Shown: positions 42,242 through 52,391, numbered from the stretch's first letter. The stretch: 64,000 nucleotides of DNA from an uncultured delta proteobacterium (GCA_963826785.1 CAWGYD010000004.1:384001-448000), one strand, 5' to 3'. Notes: generated by a model from the letters alone, not told the origin. Program-made: numbers and translations.

Positions 42242-43010
42242 CCGAATCCCCTTCCGGTGCGGACGACGTTTCCCGTAATTCCGCATCTTTTACAATGTCC
42301 CGAAATGCGTGGAAGGAATAGACGATTCCCTCCCGCATGGCGGTCTGGTAGGCCGGAGTGGGCCGGTACTCGATCTCGCCCGGCGTCTCCCGGAACGCCA
42401 GGAGATACCCCGTCTCCACCATGTGCTCCAATACCCGGCTGATCAGGTCCACCCAGCTGTTGCCGGCCCCCGCGCGCAGCCGGTCCGGATTTTCTTCGGG
42501 CAGTTCCCGCAGCCGTTCGGCCACTGTCCGCACCTGGGGATGAAGCCGGTCTTCGTCCTCCGAAAGGGCGGATTCGGCCCGGGCGAATCGGCGCAGGATG
42601 TTGATGACATCGGCCGTCACAATGGCGCCCAGGTCCTCCACGGGCGCATCCAGGTCCGACTCGGTGGGAAAGAATGCGGCGGCAATGGCGCAATGGACCG
42701 GGAGCACGTCTGCTGCCTTGAGGTCGCTCCGGGCCAGGAGCCTGCCGTAGTCCGTCAGGTTGGTGGCGAAAAAGCTGTCCGCCCCCCGTGCCGACAGGCG
42801 CAGCCCGTTGTCTTCGAGGGCCAGGAGCCGGAGGTCCATGGCCCTGAGTCCGGCTTCCACCAGCCGGCGGAACGGCTCCTCGGCCTGAAAGCGCTGGACC
42901 AGCTCGGTCATCTCGCCGCTGTTCTGGGCCACCATCCGCTTGTTGCCGCCGCTGTAAACCAGGCTGAGATAGATGAGCCGATTGGCTTCATACATTATTT
43001 CGACAGTCAT
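42225..43010 (-). CDS. jetB: Wadjet JetB-like (KITE) subunit
   Basis: 261 aa, overlaps both neighbours; winged-helix-like C-terminus (LEHMVETGYLL..EYRPTPAY); assigned mainly by position. Confidence 0.6.
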   Translation of the reverse strand: MTVEIMYEANRLIYLSLVYSGGNKRMVAQNSGEMTELVQRFQAEEPFRRLVEAGLRAMDLRLLALEDNGLRLSARGADSFFATNLTDYGRLLARSDLKAADVLPVHCAIAAAFFPTESDLDAPVEDLGAIVTADVINILRRFARAESALSEDEDRLHPQVRTVAERLRELPEENPDRLRAGAGNSWVDLISRVLEHMVETGYLLAFRETPGEIEYRPTPAYQTAMREGIVYSFHAFRDIVKDAELRETSSAPEGDSDVSAL

Positions 43011-44578
43011 GGGATGTCCTTCATGCGCTTCAGAACCAGTTCATGCCCCCGGTATCGCCTCCCGGCGGGAAGGTCGATCCCGATCCTCTCTTCCGTGTCC
43101 GGCATTTCCACCCGGACACGGGATTTTTTCGCCTGGCGCCGCTCCACCAGACACTGAAAGACCGCCATGGCCAGGGCCACCGGAAACAGGTCCCCTTTTT
43201 CCGCTGCCACCGCATCCGTCAGCAGGGTGCTCAACCGGATTTCGCCTTTCCCCCGAACCGTTACGTGAATCATCTCGAATGCCTGCCGCATCATCGTTTC
43301 GTCCAGCTCGGACACGAACCGCTCGATGGCGGCGCCGTCCACTTCGAGCACCGTCTGGTTCCGGTCTCCGGGGGTATTCTGGCGCTCCAGGGCCCGATCA
43401 CATGCCTCGATCACGGCCGCCGGGTCGAACAGGGGGATTTGCGCCGGCGGGTCGATCCTGGCGATGAACTCAGCACCGATTACAGCGGCGTGGGTCTCCT
43501 CCAGGCGGAAAATCCGTCCCATCACGTCGTCCATGGGCGGAAACGCCCCGAGTGCGCGCCTCCGGAACAGCTTATGGCTGTTGTTGTGATAATCCTCCGG
43601 CAGGTGCTGCAATTCACCGGAAAGCTTCATCAACTGGTGGTTGAGTTTTCCGAGCAGTTCCGCCAGGCGGTGGAGTTTGACCGCGTGTTTCTCCTCCCCG
43701 GTCGTCTGGAGGTTTTCAATGACCATATTGTGAAGGCGGCCCCCTTCCCTCTGAACATCCGTGGCCTGGTTGACGCCTTCTTCGGCCAGGGCATGGACTT
43801 GCTCGAAATCCACGGCATGGATATTGCGCTGAATCAGGCGGCGGGTGTTGCGGACTTCAAGCGCCTTGCGGGCGCATTGCTTGCGGTTGCCGTCCGCCAC
43901 CGAGATGGCGTCATCCACGTTGCCCCTTTCGATGAGCAGTTTGATCCGCAGGTTTCCGATGGCCGTGGCGTCAAGGGCGCTGGTCTCGTGCAGCCCGAAA
44001 TAGGCGGCGTACCCCTCATCGGTAAGGGCGAACAGGGCTTCTCGCCCTTCGCCCGTGTAGACCGTCTTGATGAGCCAGAACTTGCGGGTCAGATATTTCC
44101 CGGACGGCCCGTCGAAATACGTGTAGCTGAAGGGGAGGTACCGGTTCCCCCGGTTGACCAGATGGTCGAATACCTTGTTCAATACCTCGTTGAGTCCGTC
44201 GTCGGTGGCCGCCATTTCGCAGGCCACGACCTGTTTGCGGGCCAGTGGGAGGATTTTTTCGAGCACTTCGGCCCGGGTCGCCCCGGACTGGTATTCGGAA
44301 AGTTCCGAGATGGCATCCAGGATCGCAAAAGCGATCCACATGACATCCATCCCATCCCGGACGGTTGTGATATCATCCGCATCGCTCTGGGGAAAGCGGC
44401 GGGCCTCCAATTCATAAATGGGCCGCATGATCAGGGCGGAATGGACCGCCCGGCTGACATCTGTTGCAAAGCCGGTATCCGAAAGCGCCTGCTGATCCTG
44501 GGGCAACAGGTGATTGGTTTCCGGTTCCGCCGTTTTTTCAGATCTCGTGAAATTAATCAGATCAAGTTGAATTGGCAT
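43007..44578 (-). CDS. jetA: Wadjet JetA-like (kleisin) subunit
   Basis: 523 aa first gene; wHTH-like segment (FALTDEG), helical middle; assigned mainly by size and position. Confidence 0.6.
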   Translation of the reverse strand: MPIQLDLINFTRSEKTAEPETNHLLPQDQQALSDTGFATDVSRAVHSALIMRPIYELEARRFPQSDADDITTVRDGMDVMWIAFAILDAISELSEYQSGATRAEVLEKILPLARKQVVACEMAATDDGLNEVLNKVFDHLVNRGNRYLPFSYTYFDGPSGKYLTRKFWLIKTVYTGEGREALFALTDEGYAAYFGLHETSALDATAIGNLRIKLLIERGNVDDAISVADGNRKQCARKALEVRNTRRLIQRNIHAVDFEQVHALAEEGVNQATDVQREGGRLHNMVIENLQTTGEEKHAVKLHRLAELLGKLNHQLMKLSGELQHLPEDYHNNSHKLFRRRALGAFPPMDDVMGRIFRLEETHAAVIGAEFIARIDPPAQIPLFDPAAVIEACDRALERQNTPGDRNQTVLEVDGAAIERFVSELDETMMRQAFEMIHVTVRGKGEIRLSTLLTDAVAAEKGDLFPVALAMAVFQCLVERRQAKKSRVRVEMPDTEERIGIDLPAGRRYRGHELVLKRMKDIP

Positions 44579-44730
44579 ATTTGTTTTTCATTTTTCGGAA
44601 TGGGTGGATTTTTCGGCCTTCTTTTCCTTTTGGAATAAGGAACTTCGGCTTTGTCGTCAAGGAGATTCCATATTCCGGGATGCGGCGCAAGCGGAAATCG
44701 GCATTTTCAAAAATATGCCTCTTTGGATTG

Positions 44731-45453
44731 TCACGTTTTGCTCAGCGCCGCCCTCCTGCCGATGCCGGGTTTGATTTGCGGGGACTTCTGCCGGTGAGCC
44801 CCGATGTGCAGGCGGATATCCATGGCTGTCTTGATACCGACGAGCGCGAACAGGAGCGGGGCAGGGGAGCCGAGCATCATCACCGGCAAGCCGCCGGCGA
44901 TAATGGTGATGTGCAGCAGCATGATCCGTTTGTAGGGCTGGTTCATCAGGTTCTGGATGGATGCGGTTTTATATTCACCCCGGCGCAGATAGTTCTGGAC
45001 AAACGAGATGCCGTGGCTGATGAACAGACCAAGGATCAGCCATGCCATCTCCGGGGTGAGGTTCAACCATAGACGGTGGATGACCGAGACCAGAAGCTGC
45101 AGGAAAATAAGGTGTCCGGGCCAGTGGGACGAACCGAAGATGTTCCCGGTATCGCCGCCGAATTTCAAAAAGAGCATGAGAAAGAGCCCGTGCACGGCGC
45201 AGAAGCCGCCGAAGTGAAGACAGAAAAACGGAATGGCAAAGAGTTTGCCCAGGTTGGCCAGGGGGGAATCGAGTCGGGCCAGGGCCATTTTCAGGACATT
45301 ATAGACGCCGATGATCAGATTTTCGGTCCAGTAGAGCAGCAGGATCACCGCTACGTCCCATCCCAGCAGCACAACACCGGCAAGCGGCAGGAGATTGGCC
45401 GCGGCCAGGGAAGCGATGGATTCAATGTCCTTTACTCTTAAAAAATCAGCCAT
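44731..45453 (-). CDS. Membrane protein (DUF6498-like)
   Basis: ANLLPL.GV..GW, LLYW.EN, FF..HFG.FC.VHG, PY.RI..LH.TII.G. Confidence 0.7.
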   Translation of the reverse strand: MADFLRVKDIESIASLAAANLLPLAGVVLLGWDVAVILLLYWTENLIIGVYNVLKMALARLDSPLANLGKLFAIPFFCLHFGGFCAVHGLFLMLFLKFGGDTGNIFGSSHWPGHLIFLQLLVSVIHRLWLNLTPEMAWLILGLFISHGISFVQNYLRRGEYKTASIQNLMNQPYKRIMLLHITIIAGGLPVMMLGSPAPLLFALVGIKTAMDIRLHIGAHRQKSPQIKPGIGRRAALSKT

Positions 45454-45547
45454 GGTGCCGGACGGATTCCTCCTCAGAAAATCAATTTTTGCAAATTATT
45501 ATAGGCGATTGACTCTTTTTCAATCGATATCGTCTATCCTGGCCGGC

Positions 45548-45578
45548 GGTCCGACACCCCCCTCAGTCCCCTTTCGAG
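45548..45578. repeat. Decayed C6/G6 repeat arm
   Basis: GGTCCGACACCCCCCT is identical (16 nt) to 35541-35556. Confidence 0.65.
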
Positions 45579-45947
45579 TGACCTGCAATAGCGCATGGTA
45601 ATGTCCATCGCGCGTAAATGCCCCGCTGCCGCTTGTTTTCGTGTTTGAAAATTATCAGAAAGTGATCAGAAGTTAAACAATTATTTGAATATATTGAAAG
45701 GATCAGATAGGATGGCGGCAATTTTTGGTTCATCAACATTGATCCCCTTCGACTGGCCTCTTTTCCGGGCAGCGGGTGGAGGGGGCATTCAATCCGGATG
45801 ATGAAATGGTAATTTGATCTTTCGATCAGTATATGAAATGGCCGGATGTGACAGAAGTCGTCCCAAAGCCCCGGATCGGAAGTTTACACCCAATCTGAAC
45901 ATTTCCTCTTATAAATCGGGGTTCATCCTTATCCGAAAGTATCTGCT

Positions 45948-47597
45948 ATGACCTTGTCTGCTTTTCATCCGCGCCGGATGGCCCGCTGGATTCAATCCGT
46001 CAGCATCGGCATCATACCGGTGACTGTCGGTGTCGTTTTTTTTCTGATCGTGTTTGACAATCAATCTTTCTTCAAAGCGGTTTTAAAAGCCATGGGGCGC
46101 TTTACCCCGGTGGATGCCGCCTTCATGGCATCCCTGGTGGTTTCCCTGGCCGCGGCAATGACATTTATCCTGTCCTTGGTCGCTTTCAAATATCTGTTTA
46201 AGCCCGTGGTCACGCTGCTGCTGGTCACCGCCGCGTTTGCCGCCTATTTCATGGATGCCTACGGGATCATGATCGACAAAAGCATGATGGTCAACATCAT
46301 GCAGACCGATTCGGGGGAAGTCGGGGAATTGATCAATCTCGGCATGTTTTATCACGCGACGCTTTTCGGGATCCTGCCCAGCCTGGTCCTCTGGAAGATC
46401 AAAATCGCTTACCGGCCCTTTTTCAGGGAAATGCTGTCAAAACTCGGCATACTGCTGATCTGCCTGGCGATCCTGGGGGTAAACGCCGCCTTCTTTTACA
46501 AGGATTACGCTTCCATCTTCCGCAACAACCGGTACCTGCGCTATCTGATCAATCCGGTCAACTACATCTATGCGACGCAATCGTATGTGAAACATCAATT
46601 CGACAGCGGCATCAAGATTATCCTCCCCATTGGCGAGGATGCGGTGGCGGCGGTCGGTCCCGCCGGCGGCAAAAAAACGGTGACCATTCTGGTGCTGGGG
46701 GAGACCGCCCGGGCGGCCAATTTTTCCCTGGACGGATATGAAAGAGACACCAATCCGCTCCTGAGCAAGGAAGACATCATCAATTTCAGTCATTTCTATT
46801 CCAGCGGAACCTCCACCGCCGAGTCGCTTCCCCGCATGTTTTCACACCAGACCCGGGATACGTTTTCCGATGACAAGAATTATGAGAATGTACTGGATGT
46901 GCTGTCCCATGCGGGCATGAGCGTCCTGTGGCGGGAGAACAACTCAGGGTGCAAGGGGCTTTGCCAGCGGGTCGATTTCGAAGACCTGCGGGACTCGACC
47001 GTATCCGGATTGTGCCGACCGGACGAATGCTACGATGAAATCCTGCTGCACAATTTAAAGGATTATATTGACAAAGCGGACAATGACATCTTTATTGTGC
47101 TCCATCAGAAGGGGAGCCATGGCCCCACTTACGACCTGCGGTACCCGGATGCGTTCCGCAAGTTTACCCCCGTGTGCAGCAAGGGGCGGATGGAAGACTG
47201 CACCCGGCAGGAGATCATCAATTCCTATGACAATACCATCCTGTACACGGATTATTTCCTGTCCCGGGTGATCGGGTTCCTGCAGGATATTTCAGGTCAA
47301 TATAACACCGCCATGCTCTATGCGTCCGATCACGGCGAGTCGCTGGGTGAAAACAATGTGTACCTGCACGGGCTGCCGTACTGGATGGCACCCGACGAGC
47401 AGACGCATGTACCGTTTATCCTCTGGTTTTCAAAAGGATTCACGGACCGGTTCAAAATCGACATTCCCCGCTTGAGAGCAGAGAGTGATCAGACGTATTC
47501 CCATGACGCACTGTTCAGTTCGATCCTGGGGATGCTGGATATAAAAACCAGCGTATATGACAAATCCCTGGATATTTTTGCGGGATGCAAAAACTAA
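45948..47597 (+). CDS. eptA: Lipid A phosphoethanolamine transferase
   Basis: Five TM segments, LGETARA, GTSTA (catalytic Thr), HQKGSHGP, YDNTILYTD, SDHGESLGE..YLHG. Confidence 0.9.
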   Translation: MTLSAFHPRRMARWIQSVSIGIIPVTVGVVFFLIVFDNQSFFKAVLKAMGRFTPVDAAFMASLVVSLAAAMTFILSLVAFKYLFKPVVTLLLVTAAFAAYFMDAYGIMIDKSMMVNIMQTDSGEVGELINLGMFYHATLFGILPSLVLWKIKIAYRPFFREMLSKLGILLICLAILGVNAAFFYKDYASIFRNNRYLRYLINPVNYIYATQSYVKHQFDSGIKIILPIGEDAVAAVGPAGGKKTVTILVLGETARAANFSLDGYERDTNPLLSKEDIINFSHFYSSGTSTAESLPRMFSHQTRDTFSDDKNYENVLDVLSHAGMSVLWRENNSGCKGLCQRVDFEDLRDSTVSGLCRPDECYDEILLHNLKDYIDKADNDIFIVLHQKGSHGPTYDLRYPDAFRKFTPVCSKGRMEDCTRQEIINSYDNTILYTDYFLSRVIGFLQDISGQYNTAMLYASDHGESLGENNVYLHGLPYWMAPDEQTHVPFILWFSKGFTDRFKIDIPRLRAESDQTYSHDALFSSILGMLDIKTSVYDKSLDIFAGCKN

Positions 47598-48787
47598 TCA
47601 AGAACAACCCCATGTACATCTACCTGATGGTGCTGACCATCTGCGCCACGGGGGGGCTCCAGGCCTGGCGGACCCTTTTTGACAATTATGCCGTCAATAT
47701 TATCGGGTTGAACGGGGAGCATGTGGGGGTGGTGCAGAGCGTCCGGGAAATCCCCGGATTTCTATCCCTGCTGGTGGTGTACGTTCTGCTGGTGGTCAGG
47801 GAATACAAGCTGTCCGCCCTGTCCGTGCTGCTGCTGGGCATCGGGGTGGCGGCAACCGGGCTGGCGCCCTCCTTTTACGGCATTGTCTTTACCACCATGG
47901 TGATGAGCTTCGGGTTTCATTATTTCGAAACCACCAACCAGTCGCTGACCCTGCAGTATTTCGATGTCCGCACCTCTCCGCTGGTGTTCGGAAAACTCAG
48001 AAGTTATGCCGCGGCCTCCAACATCGGCGCGGGGATCGTGATTCTCATCATCGCCCCTCTGATGAGCTATAAGCAGATGTACCTGCTGTTCGGCGCCCTG
48101 ATCATCGGGGCCGCCCTGTGGGCGATGACCCGAAATCCCACCGACAAAAACATCATCCCCCAGCACAGAAAGATGCTGCTCAAGAAACAATACTGGCTGT
48201 TTTACGCGCTGACCTTCATGGCCGGGGCCCGGCGGCAGATCTTCATTGCTTTTGCGGTATACCTGCTGGTGCGTAAATTCGAATTTTCCGTCCAGGAGAT
48301 CGCGGCCCTGTTTCTGGTCAACAACGTGATCAATTATTTCCTGAGCCCGTTTATCGGCAAGTGCATTGTCCGGTTTGGCGAGCGCCGGGTCCTCTCCCTG
48401 GAGTATTTCAGCCTGATTCTGATATTTGTAGCCTATGCGATGGTCCAGTCCAAGCTCCTGGTGGCGTTTTTGTATATCGCGGATCATATATTCTTCAATT
48501 TTGCCATTGCCATCCGGACATTCTTCCAGAAAATCGCCGATCCCCGGCATATCGCCCCCAGCATGGCGGTGGGGTTTACCATCAACCACATTGCCGCGGT
48601 GATCCTGCCGGCCGTGGGCGGCCTTCTGTGGATGGTGGACTATCGGATCCCCTTTGTCGCCGGCGCATTTTTCAGCCTGATCTCCCTGATCCTGGTCCAG
48701 CAGATCACCGGGCAGCTGCAAAAAAACGGCCGCCCCGAAGAAATGCCGGAAATCGCCGCAAAGATAATCCTCCCCAAAACCCTATAA
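47585..48787 (+). CDS. MFS transporter
   Basis: About 12 hydrophobic segments; SVREIPGFL, GARRQIF, GFTINHIAAV. Confidence 0.85.
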   Translation: MQKLIKNNPMYIYLMVLTICATGGLQAWRTLFDNYAVNIIGLNGEHVGVVQSVREIPGFLSLLVVYVLLVVREYKLSALSVLLLGIGVAATGLAPSFYGIVFTTMVMSFGFHYFETTNQSLTLQYFDVRTSPLVFGKLRSYAAASNIGAGIVILIIAPLMSYKQMYLLFGALIIGAALWAMTRNPTDKNIIPQHRKMLLKKQYWLFYALTFMAGARRQIFIAFAVYLLVRKFEFSVQEIAALFLVNNVINYFLSPFIGKCIVRFGERRVLSLEYFSLILIFVAYAMVQSKLLVAFLYIADHIFFNFAIAIRTFFQKIADPRHIAPSMAVGFTINHIAAVILPAVGGLLWMVDYRIPFVAGAFFSLISLILVQQITGQLQKNGRPEEMPEIAAKIILPKTL

Positions 48788-48836
48788 CGTCTTAAAACAG
48801 TTAAGTGACTTCATTTTTTTGTCATCCGCAGGTTCA

Positions 48837-48959
48837 ACACCCCCCCTGCCCCCCTCAAGGGGGGAATTAACGTAATTTCAAAACCTAATCCCCCCTCGGG
48901 ATTTAAACGTAATTTCAAAGCTTAATCCCCCCTTGAGGGGGGGAATTAAAGGGGGGTGT
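48837..48959. repeat. C6/G6 repeat element with both inverted arms and an internal 28-nt direct duplication
   Basis: ACACCCCCC..CCCCCCTCAAGGGGGGA ... TCCCCCCTTGAGGGGGGG..GGGGGGTGT; AACGTAATTTCAAARCYTAATCCCCCCT at 48869 and 48906. Confidence 0.85.
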
Positions 48960-49351
48960 GCCGGCGGCGGCCGTTACGATTCTAAAGTTCCTTTCCTGCA
49001 AAAACACCGCCCAGCGGGGTCGGGCGCTTTTTACAGGGCCATCCAACTTGAAAACATCCTTTTCTGTTTTACTCTAAACACCTGTGATGCATCAGATATG
49101 AATTTGTGTACATCGGTTCCATGGTCTGAAACACGCCGGAGGCCAAGCGAGGTAAAAACGTTGCGTACCGGGGTCCTATGTTTTGTTGTCATGATCATAG
49201 ACTGTAGCTAAATGGGGATTTTCGTTGACTTTTCATGCAAAAAGAATAGTCTGTTCACTTGGTGGTCAATCCAAATACAAGATGTTTCAAGCTGTCCCTG
49301 GAAACGTTTCAAGTCTTTAAAGCGGGTTAATTTCGACGAAAAGGTAAAGGC

Positions 49352-51022
49352 ATGCTGCAAGATGTTCGCTTCGGCGGAATGAAGTTCGTGATCCTGATCG
49401 CTGTTTGCTTGATCCCCCTGTTAGCCGGCCCCGCGCGGGCGGATTCCGAGTCCGGCAAATCAAACGAAGGGGGCCCCGGTCTTTTGGAGATACGGATGAA
49501 GGGTGCTGAAAAAATGCCGCCGGTGCCGTTTCCGCATGCCGGGCACACGAAAAACATCGAGTCTGAAAATGTTGCGGATGGAAATTGTCTGGTGTGCCAT
49601 CTGAAAAAGGATGGAAAGCTGATATTTGATTTCAGGAATGCCGATGTCCTTGGCTATGAAGGCGCCATGGCCCTTTACCATGATGAATGCGGCGGCTGCC
49701 ATAAGAAAATGAAGGCAAAAGGCGAAACATCCGGACCGATGATCAGCAGCTGCCGGGAATGCCACCGCGAGGAAAAGGTGCCGGCACCTGCCTGGCAGCC
49801 CCTGGATTTTGACCGGTCTTTGCATTACCGGCACGTCACATCACCGGAAATCCGGTTCATGCCGCAGGTGTTCGACACCAACTGCGGCGCATGCCACCAC
49901 GTCTATGATGAACAGCTGAAAAAGACGGTTTACAAGGAAGGCGAAGAAGGGTCCTGCCAGTACTGCCACAAGGCCGTGAAAACAGATGACACCCGCTCCT
50001 GGCCGAATGCGGCCCATGCCATGTGCGTCAACTGCCATCTGGACGAGCGGAAACAAAACAAAAAAGCCGGTCCGGTGGAATGCGCCGGCTGTCACAGCCG
50101 GCAGGGACAGGCGAAGATCGAGACGATATCGGAGGTGCCGCGGCTGAAATGGAAACAGCCGGATGCCGTTTTATTGATTCCCTGGCTGAAGGAGGCCGTC
50201 AAACTGGGGAAACTGCCCGAGCAGTTGACCGATCCGGTGGTGTTCAACCACAAAGCCCATGAAGCGGTGACCGGCAAGTGCCGGCAATGCCACCATGCCT
50301 CCATGGAACCCTGTGCCAAATGCCACACCACCCGGGGGAGCAAAGAAGGCGATTTCATTCCCCTGGAAAGGGCCATGCACGAAAAGAAGTCCAATATCAG
50401 CTGCGTGGGGTGCCATCAGGATGCCATGTGGCAGCCCGACTGCGCCGGCTGTCATGCCCGCATGGCCAACCAGCCGTTTGCCGACATGGAATGCCGGCGG
50501 TGCCACAGCATCGATCCGCAGCAGCTGAAAACCCTGCCGGTGACGGATGCGGAAAGAAAACAGATCGCCGAAACAGTGGTCCAGAATCGGGATTTGACCC
50601 AGCAGATGGTGCCCGAAAAGGATATCCCCGAGAAGGTGAAGATCGATATCATGTCCGATGTGTACCAGCCGGCCGAATTTCCCCATCGCAAGATCGTGCT
50701 CGCGCTGGCTGAAAAGACCGGAAAGAGCAAGTTGGCTGCATGGTTTCACGATAAGCCGGAAACCCTGTGCATGGGATGCCATCACAACAGCCCGGCATCA
50801 CTCAGACCGCCGCGATGCGTGAGCTGCCATGCGCTTTCCGGAGCCGGAACGGCCGAAGAGCGGCCCGCCCTCAAGGGGGCGTATCACGGTCAGTGCATCG
50901 GATGCCATATCAAGATGAATATTGAAAAGCCTTCGGCGACCGACTGCATCGGCTGCCATAAGCAGGCAACACGCAACATGAAACAAGAAACAGAAAATAC
51001 GGAAGTACGTCAGCCCTTTTAA
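49352..51022 (+). CDS. hmcA: High-molecular-weight 16-heme cytochrome c
   Basis: Signal peptide; 16 CxxCH motifs counted. Confidence 0.95.
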   Translation: MLQDVRFGGMKFVILIAVCLIPLLAGPARADSESGKSNEGGPGLLEIRMKGAEKMPPVPFPHAGHTKNIESENVADGNCLVCHLKKDGKLIFDFRNADVLGYEGAMALYHDECGGCHKKMKAKGETSGPMISSCRECHREEKVPAPAWQPLDFDRSLHYRHVTSPEIRFMPQVFDTNCGACHHVYDEQLKKTVYKEGEEGSCQYCHKAVKTDDTRSWPNAAHAMCVNCHLDERKQNKKAGPVECAGCHSRQGQAKIETISEVPRLKWKQPDAVLLIPWLKEAVKLGKLPEQLTDPVVFNHKAHEAVTGKCRQCHHASMEPCAKCHTTRGSKEGDFIPLERAMHEKKSNISCVGCHQDAMWQPDCAGCHARMANQPFADMECRRCHSIDPQQLKTLPVTDAERKQIAETVVQNRDLTQQMVPEKDIPEKVKIDIMSDVYQPAEFPHRKIVLALAEKTGKSKLAAWFHDKPETLCMGCHHNSPASLRPPRCVSCHALSGAGTAEERPALKGAYHGQCIGCHIKMNIEKPSATDCIGCHKQATRNMKQETENTEVRQPF

Positions 51023-51024
51023 AG

Positions 51025-51230
51025 ACACCCCCCAAGCCCCCCTCAAGGGGGGAATTGGAGAGTCAGATATAACATTTTAATTCACCCCTTAAGGGGAGCA
51101 TCTGCTTTGAAATCCACCATAGAGTGGGGCACCTGCTTAGTTCCCCCATTGAAAGGGGCACCTTCTTTAAATCCCAACCTAGGGGGGTAATCTCCTTTAA
51201 ATCCCCCCTTGAGGGGGGCTTGGGGGGTGT
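51025..51230. repeat. C6/G6 element with perfect 29-bp terminal inverted repeats and an internal 30-nt-period hairpin array
   Basis: ACACCCCCCAAGCCCCCCTCAAGGGGGGA (51025-51053) is the exact reverse complement of 51202-51230; units at ~51081, 51111, 51141, 51171, 51201. Confidence 0.9.
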
Positions 51231-51257
51231 TGGGTAAGTAACTGAATACAAGGTAAA

Positions 51258-52391
51258 TTGATTATGTCCATCACCCGTAGAAGATTTTTAAGCTGGATCG
51301 CCGCCGGGGCCGGGGCCGGGGCCGGCACCCTGTATGCCAATAAATCATATGCTGCCGGAAACATCCATTTCACGGGATACCCGGGAAGCTCCGGCGTCCT
51401 GCACGATATCACCCGGTGCATCGGTTGCCGCAAGTGCGAGGCGGCCTGCAACCAGGTGAACAAGCTGCCGGCGCCGGAAACGCCCTTTGACAACCTGGAC
51501 GTGCTGAAGGCATACCGGGAGCTGAACCCGGCCATGTACACGGTGGTCAACCGGTTCTACCCGGCATCTCCGCAGCTGCCGGTGCATGTCAAGCGGCAGT
51601 GCAATCACTGCCTGGAGCCGGCTTGCGCCTCTGCCTGCTTCGTCAAGGCCTTGAAAAAACAAAAAACGGGTGCCGTCACCTATGATGCATCCCTGTGCGT
51701 CGGCTGCCGCTACTGCATGGTCGCCTGTCCCTTTAGCGTGCCGGCCTATGAATATCACAACCCCCTGACCCCGAAGGTGATGAAGTGCACCATGTGCCAT
51801 CCCCGGCTGGAAAAGGGGCTGCTGCCCGGGTGCGTGGAAGCCTGCCCCAAGGAGGCGCTGACCTTCGGCAAGCGGGATGAACTGATCCGGGTCGCCCGGC
51901 AGCGGATGTATCAATATCCCGAACGCTATATCGATCACATCTACGGTGAAAACGAAATGGGCGGCACCAGCTGGCTGTATCTGGCGGGAAGCCCCTTCGG
52001 CAGCCTGGGCATGAGAGAAGACCTGGGCGTTACCCCGGCCCCGGCCCTGACGTCCGGCGCCCTGGCCGTGGTGCCCATGGCCGTGACCCTGGGCGTGGTG
52101 CTTCTCACCGGCATCCATGCCATTGCCCAGCGCAGGGATCGGGTAGCCGAAGAGGAGCAGAACCAGGCGGTCGCGCAGACCCGGGCTGAGGCGGATGCCA
52201 GGATGCACGAAAAGCTGGCCGAACAGAAGAAGGCGGCGGAAAAGGAAAAAGAGGCCGCCGTCAAGCGCGAAGTGGAAAAGGCGCTGGCCGAAGCGGCCGA
52301 AAAGGAAAAGAAAGCGCAATCCGCCGGGGCGTCCGTCGAAGACAAACCCGGCCCATCCGCAGCATCGGATGCCGGCGAGGAGGAAGAATAG
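51258..52391 (+). CDS. hmcB: Hmc Fe-S subunit (Tat signal, 4 x [4Fe-4S], TM anchor)
   Basis: [26 protein letters not shown]...[17 protein letters not shown]...CVEACP. Confidence 0.93.
   Translation: MIMSITRRRFLSWIAAGAGAGAGTLYANKSYAAGNIHFTGYPGSSGVLHDITRCIGCRKCEAACNQVNKLPAPETPFDNLDVLKAYRELNPAMYTVVNRFYPASPQLPVHVKRQCNHCLEPACASACFVKALKKQKTGAVTYDASLCVGCRYCMVACPFSVPAYEYHNPLTPKVMKCTMCHPRLEKGLLPGCVEACPKEALTFGKRDELIRVARQRMYQYPERYIDHIYGENEMGGTSWLYLAGSPFGSLGMREDLGVTPAPALTSGALAVVPMAVTLGVVLLTGIHAIAQRRDRVAEEEQNQAVAQTRAEADARMHEKLAEQKKAAEKEKEAAVKREVEKALAEAAEKEKKAQSAGASVEDKPGPSAASDAGEEEE

Noticed and set aside
37823..44578. Housekeeping SMC-ScpAB, MukBEF or SbcC
   Set aside because: A coupled TOPRIM gene, A-B-C-D order and nearby R-M remnants fit Wadjet; no SbcD nuclease.
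45948..47597. Mobile mcr colistin-resistance gene
   Set aside because: No flanking IS or PAP2 gene; chromosomal context; cannot be assigned beyond the EptA family.
49100..49350. Rex or sigma54 site or riboswitch upstream of hmcA
   Set aside because: No convincing match to TTGTGAA-N4-TTCACAA or TGGC-N8-TGC and no recognisable aptamer.
51081..51230. CRISPR array
   Set aside because: Units are contiguous degenerate hairpins with no unique spacers; no cas genes in the window.
52140..52391. Charged AEK-rich tail of HmcB as a novel fusion
   Set aside because: Low-complexity coiled tail with no separate domain evidence.
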